Of a DNA stretch of 58,951 nt, positions 38,020-44,940 are shown piece by piece. The first letter of the stretch is position 1. Each line of letters opens with the position of its first letter. A model generated the notes under the pieces. That model did no database searches. It was not told the origin of the DNA and saw only the letters and a list, made by a program, of their open reading frames with translations. The stretch is from the IMG/VR virus record IMGVR_UViG_3300037313_001644, positions 1 through 58,951 of that record. One strand, given 5' to 3'. The translations under genes and the position numbers were made by a program. The DNA comes from a virus (taxonomy: Duplodnaviria > Caudoviricetes).

Positions 38020-38385
38020 TTAGAATTCATCGTTTGGGGTGAGGCGATGCGCCAAGCGCGCGCGGAATCGCCAATCGACGGACGACTCCCGCACAATCAC
38101 GCGCGGATTGCCGTTAACCTTGGCGGCCGTCTGGATTGCGGCGAGCTGATAATCAGCGCCCCATTTGCGGCCGAGTCCATAGTGCGGCGCATGGCGCATG
38201 ATGCGCCGATCCAACGCGCGGCCGAATTGTTGCCGTATCTCAGCGCCAGTTGTCGGCCACCAGGATTCTAGGCCTTCGCGGAATGTCGCTTCCGGCTGCG
38301 CCTTGGCGCGCTTCACGGCCGCGACATAAGCGGGAATCGAGATGCGACGATCCAGCGCCGGCAGCGTGATGCAACGGCGCGTCAT
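38020..38385 (-). CDS. Hypothetical early protein
   Basis: ATGA overlap with the upstream gene. Confidence 0.7.
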   Translation of the reverse strand: MTRRCITLPALDRRISIPAYVAAVKRAKAQPEATFREGLESWWPTTGAEIRQQFGRALDRRIMRHAPHYGLGRKWGADYQLAAIQTAAKVNGNPRVIVRESSVDWRFRARLAHRLTPNDEF

Positions 38386-39080
38386 TTCGCCAGCCTTTCG
38401 CCTCGCATGAAGGCGACATAACGCCGCGCGGACTCTTCCGTTTTGAAGCGCGCGTGAATCTTGCCGTCATGGGTTACGGCAGCGCCATATTCCGGCATGT
38501 CGGAGTCCACCGTCTGCCAGTCGCCGACATTGAAAGCCGGATGGCGATAGAGCCAACGGCCCGGCGCCGTCATGATTCCGACTACGCACGAGTCCAGGAT
38601 GGCAAACCCGCCGTGCGAGCGCGCGTTCGCTATCAGCAACGGCACGCGCATTGGGCCCATGCTACGGCTAATCGTACCGGCAACGTCGAATTCTTCGGGC
38701 CATGCGCGGCCGGTCTTAGTGTCTCCACAGAATAGGCGGACTCGCCATCCGTTAAGGCGCGCATTCTCCAGCGCGCGCCGTACCGCTTCCGGAGTCTTGG
38801 GATCGAACCATGTTTCCGTCATTGCCGGCGCGCGCGCAAAGGCGGCCGCTGTTGCCTCATACTGTTGAAACCGTTCAGCTGTACCGATTGGCGCCGGATG
38901 ATCGAACGGTAACGCAATGCCGTGCCGCTGCAGGTGCGCGGCATAGCCGGCAATGCGCGACTCTAGAACGTCGAACCCTAGGCACGAATAGCCGTTGCCT
39001 TCCTTCAGCGAATAAAGGCGCGTTTCGGCATTGATGCTATGCAAGCGCGTTGCCCGTTCGATTGTCTCAGTGTTTGGCAT
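38382..39080 (-). CDS. Hypothetical early protein
   Basis: Starts at the leader repeat; RVRLFCGDTKTGRAWPEE...GTISRSMG segment. Confidence 0.8.
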   Translation of the reverse strand: MPNTETIERATRLHSINAETRLYSLKEGNGYSCLGFDVLESRIAGYAAHLQRHGIALPFDHPAPIGTAERFQQYEATAAAFARAPAMTETWFDPKTPEAVRRALENARLNGWRVRLFCGDTKTGRAWPEEFDVAGTISRSMGPMRVPLLIANARSHGGFAILDSCVVGIMTAPGRWLYRHPAFNVGDWQTVDSDMPEYGAAVTHDGKIHARFKTEESARRYVAFMRGERLAK

Positions 39081-39097
39081 GTCCGTTCCTTTCCGTT
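39078..39097 (-). promoter_or_regulatory. Start-associated leader repeat, copy 4
   Basis: AACGGAAAGGAACGGACATG. Confidence 0.9.
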
Positions 39098-39167
39098 GTT
39101 GGCCTGTTGCCATCATCGGCGCCGCGCGCTTGGGAGCTGGAGCGCGCGGCGCTCTTGGGGCGACAGT

Positions 39168-39404
39168 CTAGCGGCGCCGTGCACCCCCCTTCTGTGACCG
39201 CTTGGCAGCGCCTGCGCAGGCAATGAGAAGCGTACCGACAATCACCCCGCAGACGGCCATCCATGCCAGCATGAGGAGACCGACGGTTGAGGCTTCAGCT
39301 GGAAGCTCAGCCGCACGCGCCAGGACAACGGGAATAGAGGAAGCCACTAGCACCGATAGGACAAAGCAAACGGCGCCATAGGCGAAGAGGAAAGCGCGCC
39401 CCAT
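39168..39404 (-). CDS. Two-TM small membrane protein
   Basis: Two hydrophobic helices; TAATG coupling. Confidence 0.7.
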   Translation of the reverse strand: MGRAFLFAYGAVCFVLSVLVASSIPVVLARAAELPAEASTVGLLMLAWMAVCGVIVGTLLIACAGAAKRSQKGGARRR

Positions 39405-39583
39405 TAGCGGCGCTCCTCTGCCATGTGCGGGAAATGCAAGCGGTGAAGCTCAGCCGTCGCGCTATCCAGCTCTAGCAATGCGTCGAGCGAAGCGGTTTCA
39501 TTGAGGACCATCCGCGCCTTGCGCGCTCTGCGCTGCGCAATGCGGACCCGCTCTGAATGAGGGATACCAAACCTAGTCGCCAT
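39404..39583 (-). CDS. First gene of the early block, small basic helical protein
   Basis: Starts at leader repeat copy 5. Confidence 0.75.
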   Translation of the reverse strand: MATRFGIPHSERVRIAQRRARKARMVLNETASLDALLELDSATAELHRLHFPHMAEERR

Positions 39584-39600
39584 GTCCGTTCCTTTCCGTT
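39581..39600 (-). promoter_or_regulatory. Start-associated leader repeat, copy 5
   Basis: AACGGAAAGGAACGGACATG. Confidence 0.9.
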
Positions 39601-39659
39601 CCAGCCGACTCGCTGTTTCCCGAGTCGCTAGCAGCGCATACCAAAAAACGCACAACAGC

Positions 39660-39676
39660 AAAACGAAAATCGTTAG
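39660..39676. promoter_or_regulatory. Putative repressor operator at the early-block promoter
   Basis: AAAACGAAAATCGTTAG, 16/17 identical to 49914-49930. Confidence 0.75.
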
Positions 39677-39794
39677 TTAATGCGCTCCAGCTCGCCGGCT
39701 ACCCGAGCGCCAGGCGCCGGCAACGGCTGGCTGCTGCTGTTGATGAGCCGGCGAACGCGTTGGCGGGCAGCCGCGCACCGGCCTCGAGCACAGC

Positions 39795-39855
39795 GGGTCC
39801 TTCCCAGCGGCCGCGGCCCGGCAAAGCGGTCCACGACCGCAGAAAAAATTTCAGC
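39795..39855 (+). other. Lambda-like cos site candidate (cosQ-cosN)
   Basis: GGGTCCT (lambda cosQ sequence) at 39795-39801, dyad GCGG-N7-CCGC at 39826-39840, then AGAAAAAATTT. Confidence 0.65.
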
Positions 39856-39895
39856 GCGACCAGTTGTCGGGTGCGATTGTTTTTGGTTGGCGTAT

Positions 39896-39912
39896 GGTGC
39901 GAAAAGCGTTAG
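39896..39912. promoter_or_regulatory. Degenerate operator upstream of the tRNA
   Basis: GGTGCGAAAAGCGTTAG next to a TATGGT -10-like hexamer. Confidence 0.55.
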
Positions 39913-39975
39913 TGATCTCGCATCCGAGTACCGCCGTCAGCGCCAGATGGCGGCGGGAAAAAGGATTAGCGGTGA

Positions 39976-40052
39976 CGCGGGGTGGACCAGCCTGGTAGGT
40001 CGCCTGGCTCATAACCAGGAAGTCGCCGGTTCGAATCCGGCCCCCGCCACCA
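39976..40052 (+). tRNA. tRNA-fMet-like (CAT) with encoded CCA
   Basis: 77-nt cloverleaf; anticodon arm CCTGG-CTCATAA-CCAGG; TTCGAAT T-loop; C1xC72 mismatch and A11-U24 initiator features. Confidence 0.95.
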
Positions 40053-40178
40053 CCGAGACGAGATGCCGAGCGAAAGCCGGTCCGCTGCCTGATGATGTCA
40101 GGATCGGAGTCGCGGGGATGGTAGCGATAGATCATCCCAGCTGCCGGTGAGTAGGCTACCCCTGGGCGCACAGGGGCT

Positions 40179-40217
40179 CGAGGCGGCGGTGGGCAATCAC
40201 CGTCGCCTCGTTCGTTT
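40179..40217 (+). terminator. Terminator between the tRNA transcript and the convergent operon
   Basis: CGAGGCGGCGGTG...CACCGTCGCCTCG followed by TTCGTTT. Confidence 0.7.
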
Positions 40218-40228
40218 CGAAGGAGTGA

Positions 40229-40420
40229 TCAGCTAGCTTGCCGCGCTCTGCGCTTCGGCTTATCCGGCGCAGGGGCAACAGGGGCAGGGGCGTCGTTCGC
40301 GGCGCCCCTCGTCTCTTCGAAGAGCGCGTACTGGTAGGTATCGGGGATGCCTTGCCGCCACCATGGCAGCGCATCGAGGATCCGGCATTCGCGACAGTAG
40401 CAGCGCTCGGCGTGGGGCAT
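40229..40420 (-). CDS. Small Cys-containing protein
   Basis: HxxxCxCxxC; TGATG coupling. Confidence 0.55.
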   Translation of the reverse strand: MPHAERCYCRECRILDALPWWRQGIPDTYQYALFEETRGAANDAPAPVAPAPDKPKRRARQAS

Positions 40421-40968
40421 CAGAAGCCGCGGCCGCTGAGCTCGCGATAGCGGTCTTCCCACACGACCCACGCCATCGACGGCAGCCAGCACTCGAGCTT
40501 CACCTCGAGGCGCGGCGGCTCAACGCCGTCGAGGCATTCGAACACCGTGCGGTTCGTGACGAGCTGGTCGCGCTCAATCGCGAGCATCTGCATGTCGGCC
40601 TTCTTCACGACCGGCGTGTGCCAGTCCGGCCATTTGAAATGCTGGCGAAGCGCCTCCTCGAAGCGCTGCTCGAACGCCTTGTAATCGGGCAGCAGCGCCT
40701 TGAGCGGCGAGACAACGTCGCCGATGATCGCCTCGGCGGCATCGTGCACCAGCGCGGCGAGGCGCTGGCCGGGATAGTCGACCAGGTAGCTCGCCCAGAT
40801 GCAGTGTTCGGCGACGGAGTAGAAATCCTTGCGCTGCGTGAACTGGCCGTTGAAGCGAGCCTGCCTGGCGAGGCCGAGCGAGATGTCGCGCAGCTTCACC
40901 TGACTGACGTCGATCGGATCGAGGAAGCATCGGCGACCGGTGGCGGTCGGCACCCAGTTGTCAGCCAT
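40420..40968 (-). CDS. HD-domain phosphohydrolase (YfbR-like)
   Basis: RFNGQ, YSVAEH and HDAAEAIIGDVVSPLK motifs. Confidence 0.9.
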   Translation of the reverse strand: MADNWVPTATGRRCFLDPIDVSQVKLRDISLGLARQARFNGQFTQRKDFYSVAEHCIWASYLVDYPGQRLAALVHDAAEAIIGDVVSPLKALLPDYKAFEQRFEEALRQHFKWPDWHTPVVKKADMQMLAIERDQLVTNRTVFECLDGVEPPRLEVKLECWLPSMAWVVWEDRYRELSGRGF

Positions 40969-41327
40969 CAGAAGATCAGGCGCTCGATGCCGCCGGCGCG
41001 GATCGTGGCCCACTCGTCGCCGCGGGCGGCCTTCCAGATGACGAACACGCGGCTCCAGTCGGGCATCGGCTTGTTGTGCTCGCCCAGTATGGCCTCGATC
41101 TTCTCTTTCGCCGTCTGCGGGACGAAATGGTCGATCGAGAAGCGCGGCTGACATCCCATGCACGCAGCCTTGGGCACCTCGATGCGGTAGGCGAGCGCCT
41201 GCCCCGGCAGCCGTGAGTGCGTGCCGAACGTGATCACCGGATAATGGGTGCCGGGATTGCGGCAGGTCGGGTTGAAGCAGATGACGCTGTGCTCGACGCC
41301 ATTTGCCGCGGGGATACTCTGGGTCAT
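40968..41327 (-). CDS. Hypothetical Zn-binding protein
   Basis: CFNPTC...CMGC; coupled at both ends. Confidence 0.65.
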   Translation of the reverse strand: MTQSIPAANGVEHSVICFNPTCRNPGTHYPVITFGTHSRLPGQALAYRIEVPKAACMGCQPRFSIDHFVPQTAKEKIEAILGEHNKPMPDWSRVFVIWKAARGDEWATIRAGGIERLIF

Positions 41328-42424
41328 CAGTGCCTCACGAAGGTGATGGTGCGGTTGGTCTGCATGCAAAGGCCGCAGTTGGCGCAGCAGCGCGTTGCGT
41401 CGGTCTCGGCGGGGCAGCGGATCCCCGTCGCCTGCTCGGGCGCGTCGACGACCTCGGCGCAGTCGGTCGGGTAGCCGCCGCCGCTGATCCGCATGGCGAC
41501 GCGGTCGTAGAAGTCGCGCATCAGCTCGAGCACCGCGCGGCCGATCGGGTCGGAGGGGAGGCGTGCGGTGAAGCCGAAGATGCGCAGGTTGGGGAAGCGC
41601 TCGAGCATCTCGCGCCAGAACCCGACATAGGCGACGGAGTAGAAGTCGCCGAGGACGTGCAGGCGAACGATGAAGCCCTTGGGGTGGATGAAGGCGAGAT
41701 GCAGCAGCTCGCTCGTCAGCCTGAGCGTCAGCGTCCCGTCATCATGGATGCGGTGCGCCATGTGCATGTTGTTGCCGTAGCAGGTCGCCCATTGGAGGCA
41801 CGTCCTGGGGCAGGTCTCGCGCTCTTCGAGCGTGAGGGTGTAGAGCGGCATTCCGGACCAGCGGCCCTTCACCATCTGCTTGCCGATCTTGCGGCTATTC
41901 TCGCCGGACTTGAGCAGACGCTCGACGTGCGCCGCCGGCACGACGGTCGAGGGGAAGATCGTCGCGCCTTCGCGCAGGGCGGGATGGTGAGGCGGCAGGT
42001 CGACGCGTGGACCGTCGTGATTGACGATGCCGGTGAAGCGCCTTTGCTTCGCTTCGCGGTCGGATGGCGGCCGCTGCCAGCGCTTACGTCCGGTGCCGCC
42101 GCCGCGGCGCGGCGGAAGGCCCATCTGGTGCACCTTGCCGTAGATCGAGCTGGGGCCCTTCTTGCCCAGCACATCGGCAATCGCGTCGGCCGACATGCCG
42201 GCATTCCACATCTTCTCGAGCTCAACGCGCTCCTCCGGCGACCAGCGTTCGCGGGTGCGGCGCGGCGCACGGAAGTGCGAGACGTTCTCCGTCATCGGCC
42301 AGTCGGCGTTCACCGCGCCGGTCCTCTGCGCAGCGATCCTCGCCTTGGCGCGCTCGCTCGCCGCTCGTCGACGCTCTTCCGACCAGGGCGTATAGCGGTA
42401 CTCGGGGTGACCCATGGAGCGCAT
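41327..42424 (-). CDS. GcrA-like HTH fused to a Gp88-like Cys-rich domain
   Basis: WSPEERVELEKMWNAGMSADAIADVLG...GKVHQMGL; TCPRTC...CY, RLHVLGDF and CPAE...CANCGLC. Confidence 0.8.
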   Translation of the reverse strand: MRSMGHPEYRYTPWSEERRRAASERAKARIAAQRTGAVNADWPMTENVSHFRAPRRTRERWSPEERVELEKMWNAGMSADAIADVLGKKGPSSIYGKVHQMGLPPRRGGGTGRKRWQRPPSDREAKQRRFTGIVNHDGPRVDLPPHHPALREGATIFPSTVVPAAHVERLLKSGENSRKIGKQMVKGRWSGMPLYTLTLEERETCPRTCLQWATCYGNNMHMAHRIHDDGTLTLRLTSELLHLAFIHPKGFIVRLHVLGDFYSVAYVGFWREMLERFPNLRIFGFTARLPSDPIGRAVLELMRDFYDRVAMRISGGGYPTDCAEVVDAPEQATGIRCPAETDATRCCANCGLCMQTNRTITFVRH

Positions 42425-42431
42425 GCGGTCC

Positions 42432-43376
42432 TCACGCCGGATAGCCGTTGTGTTCGACGCCATCGAGGAGGCGTCCAGCGGCCTTCTTGCCGATGCGCCT
42501 CATGGGTATTGAGCCGGATGCCCATTCGATGCCGCTCTCGATCGGCACCATCCGCCCGTCGGGTTCGACGAAGTGCGTCGGTCCGTCCCGATCAGGTGAG
42601 TAGTTGGCGCGCCAGTCACCCCATTGCTTGAACAGGAATGGCACCCCCGCGGCGGCGCATTGGTCGCGCAACGAGCGCGCCCAAGCTGGATGCATCGGCC
42701 GTGCGCCCGGCCCACTCTCACCACCGACCACGACCCAGTCGACTTGCTTTAACCAGCGCGAAATGTCGACATGGCCCAACAGGGGTTCACAACTCAGCCA
42801 GCGCACCGCCGGCGTCGTCTCGAGCAGGATCGGGATGCGCTCGTCGGCGCGCTTCTGGTCCTCGACGCTCGTCCCGAGCCAGACGTTAGGCAGCGGCCAG
42901 GGCCCCTCCATGATCCGGTCGAAGGATGTCGTGCCCGCCTTCTCCCATATGACCTCGAGGGCGGTGCCGCGGCCATCGCTCCGTTCGCGCGACTGGTCGG
43001 TGAGGTACTTCCGCGCCCGCTCTGGGCGTTTCGTCAGCACTTGGAACGTGTGCTGCGGTGCCATCTTCATCACGGCGAAGACGAGGTCGATCCAACCGCT
43101 CGGCACGTTCTCATGGAACAGGTCGCCGTCGGCGCAGACGAAAATCTTGCGCGGTCGTTTGAGACGGATCGGCTCGAGCAGGACCTTCTCGTTGAACCGC
43201 ACCTCGCCAGTCCACACCATGCCGCCCGCGGTGCGTGTCGTGAGGCCCTGGCGAACTGGGAAGCGGTGCGCCTGCTTCATCGCGTAGCAGTGCTTGCAGC
43301 CCGGCGAGACGACCGTGCAGCCGTTCACGACGTTCCACGTCATGTCGGTCCATTCGATCTTCGTGCCGTCAGCCAT
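42432..43376 (-). CDS. DUF5131 / Gp37-Gp68 family protein
   Basis: TKIEWTD.TWN...GCTVVSPGCKHCYA, LTKRPER, SCEPLLG, VGGESG and FKQWG motifs. Confidence 0.95.
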   Translation of the reverse strand: MADGTKIEWTDMTWNVVNGCTVVSPGCKHCYAMKQAHRFPVRQGLTTRTAGGMVWTGEVRFNEKVLLEPIRLKRPRKIFVCADGDLFHENVPSGWIDLVFAVMKMAPQHTFQVLTKRPERARKYLTDQSRERSDGRGTALEVIWEKAGTTSFDRIMEGPWPLPNVWLGTSVEDQKRADERIPILLETTPAVRWLSCEPLLGHVDISRWLKQVDWVVVGGESGPGARPMHPAWARSLRDQCAAAGVPFLFKQWGDWRANYSPDRDGPTHFVEPDGRMVPIESGIEWASGSIPMRRIGKKAAGRLLDGVEHNGYPA

Positions 43377-43572
43377 GGCGGAATTTCCCTGTGAGGCGGA
43401 GGATGACGACGACGGCCGCGAACACGGGCCAGAACAGCGCGAGCAGGAAGACGATGCCGGCAGCGTAGGTCTGCATCGGCTTCGGCACCTGCGCGAAGCG
43501 GCGGTTGTCGATCAGCTCGGTGCTGACCGTGAGCGCACCGATGACGTAGATCGCCCAGCCCCAGAGGTTCAC
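43369..43572 (-). CDS. Small two-TM protein
   Basis: GTGA coupling; hydrophobic with LFWP. Confidence 0.55.
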   Translation of the reverse strand: MNLWGWAIYVIGALTVSTELIDNRRFAQVPKPMQTYAAGIVFLLALFWPVFAAVVVILRLTGKFRHG

Positions 43573-43769
43573 TGGCCGTCCTGCTCGTCGGGCTTGTGGA
43601 GCACCTCGATGACCGCCGCGCAGGCAACGAGCCTCCGGACGCGGTCGACCGCCTTGTGGCACTCGCTGCGCTTGCGGTAGCCCTCGCCGCTGTCGGCGAT
43701 GACCTTCTTGTTGTTGGCAAGCAGCCGCCACCGCCAGTCGCCGTTGCCGTCCTTGTAGAGCTCGAACAT
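43569..43769 (-). CDS. YegP / DUF1508 family protein
   Basis: FELYKDGNGDWRWRL.A.N.KVIADSGEGY; RBS AAAGGAG. Confidence 0.85.
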   Translation of the reverse strand: MFELYKDGNGDWRWRLLANNKKVIADSGEGYRKRSECHKAVDRVRRLVACAAVIEVLHKPDEQDGQ

Positions 43770-43831
43770 CGCAGTGCTCCTTTCTTCGGGGGAGTAGTCG
43801 GCCAGGATGCTGGCGAGATATGCGCGGAGGC

Positions 43832-44935
43832 TCATGCTGCGGACCTCACAGCAGCTGCCCCTGCTCGCTCGGCTTCTGCGAGACGAGCTGATAGACGAAG
43901 GAAGGCATAAGCAGCCACCACCGGGTCCACGCCGTTTCCTGTCGCTCGAAGCCGCTCAACCCTGTAGGCCAGCGCATCAATGCCTCGACGAAGATGGGAT
44001 TCAGCTTCCTCTTGACTGAGGGCTGGTTGGAGTTCGGGCCAGAGGTCGAGGACGTCGATCCACCGGCTATCGGTCGGTCCTGGGATGACGGCGGGCTGCT
44101 CCAATGCTCGGCCTGATCCTCCAGATTGACCGAGTGGCCGCCCGCTGCCCGCTTCTCCGCTGGCTGCGATCCGCCTCTCTTCGATACGTCGCTGGGCGCA
44201 CGCCACGTCGCCGCCTCGTCGTTGAGGTTCCGCATTCCGTGGCCCTCGGCCTTCATCGCTGCAATCCGCTCCGGTGAGTGCGGCGGGAAGTGATCGCGGG
44301 CTTGCGGTGCCGCCCATTCGCTCACTTGAAGCGACAGCGCCGTTCCGCCCTGCCCATACTTCTTCGTTCGCGTCCCCGTGTCGTCCGCGACCGCCGCAAT
44401 CCATTCCGTCCGCTCGTTCGGCCATGATGAACAGTCGCTCGCGCCGCATGGTGTTTCCGGTTTCGGCCGAGCTGAAAATTCCTGCCGCAACGCGGTAGCC
44501 CAGTCGCTCCAGTGGCGGCTGGAGGGCTGCAAGCTGCTCCGCTGCGTTCCCCGGCACGTTCTCTCGGAAGATAAGATCAGGCCGGCACTCGTCGGCAATG
44601 CGGACGACCTCGGGAGCAAGGAACCGCTCTCCGTCTGCTCCTGCCCGCTTTCCGGCGACGCTGTTATCCTGGCAGGGGTCGCCCGAAGCGAGGATATGAA
44701 TGAGGCCACGCCATGCTCGAGCGTCGAAGGTGAGCAGGTTACTCCAGACAGGAGCCGGATGTAGCCACCCCGCTTCCATTGACGCGACCAGGCTTGCGGC
44801 CGCAGGTGCTTCCCTCTCGACGTAGCAGACGCCTCGGCCAGCCTCTCCCCGACAGTGGAGAGCAAGGAGGATTCCGAGCTCGAGTCCGCCGACTCCGGCG
44901 CAGAGGGAGAGGATGTTTCGGGTACATACAGCCAT
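43832..44935 (-). CDS. C5-cytosine DNA methyltransferase, catalytic chain
   Basis: Motif I LSLCAGVGG, IV GDPCQ, VI ENV, VIII RERLF, X RLRATGNGV. Confidence 0.9.
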   Translation of the reverse strand: MAVCTRNILSLCAGVGGLELGILLALHCRGEAGRGVCYVEREAPAAASLVASMEAGWLHPAPVWSNLLTFDARAWRGLIHILASGDPCQDNSVAGKRAGADGERFLAPEVVRIADECRPDLIFRENVPGNAAEQLAALQPPLERLGYRVAAGIFSSAETGNTMRRERLFIMAERADGMDCGGRGRHGDANEEVWAGRNGAVASSERMGGTASPRSLPAALTGADCSDEGRGPRNAEPQRRGGDVACAQRRIEERRIAASGEAGSGRPLGQSGGSGRALEQPAVIPGPTDSRWIDVLDLWPELQPALSQEEAESHLRRGIDALAYRVERLRATGNGVDPVVAAYAFLRLSARLAEAERAGAAAVRSAA

Positions 44936-44940
44936 GTCAC
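43846..44940 (-). CDS. Overlapping alternate-frame methyltransferase subunit (TRD-like repeats and motif IX)
   Basis: GTG start coupled to the upstream stop; repeats WIAAVADD, WAAPQARD and WRAPSDV; RKLNPIFVEALMRWP. Confidence 0.7.
   Translation of the reverse strand: MTWLYVPETSSPSAPESADSSSESSLLSTVGERLAEASATSRGKHLRPQAWSRQWKRGGYIRLLSGVTCSPSTLEHGVASFISSLRATPARITASPESGQEQTESGSLLPRSSALPTSAGLILSSERTCRGTQRSSLQPSSRHWSDWATALRQEFSARPKPETPCGASDCSSWPNERTEWIAAVADDTGTRTKKYGQGGTALSLQVSEWAAPQARDHFPPHSPERIAAMKAEGHGMRNLNDEAATWRAPSDVSKRGGSQPAEKRAAGGHSVNLEDQAEHWSSPPSSQDRPIAGGSTSSTSGPNSNQPSVKRKLNPIFVEALMRWPTGLSGFERQETAWTRWWLLMPSFVYQLVSQKPSEQGQLL

Noticed and set aside
32212-39600. Leader repeats as CRISPR repeats or CsrA sites
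   Set aside because: Copies are 0.5-3.8 kb apart and fixed to start codons. ANGGA fits CsrA, but most alphaproteobacteria lack CsrA and I saw no homolog here, so this is unsupported
39976-40052. tRNA as the integration site
   Set aside because: It is a complete gene 5.6 kb from a serine integrase that has its own inverted-repeat attP candidate
40066-40100. Hammerhead ribozyme (GAAA and CTGATGA present)
   Set aside because: Spacing leaves no room for stems I and III or a cleavage triplet
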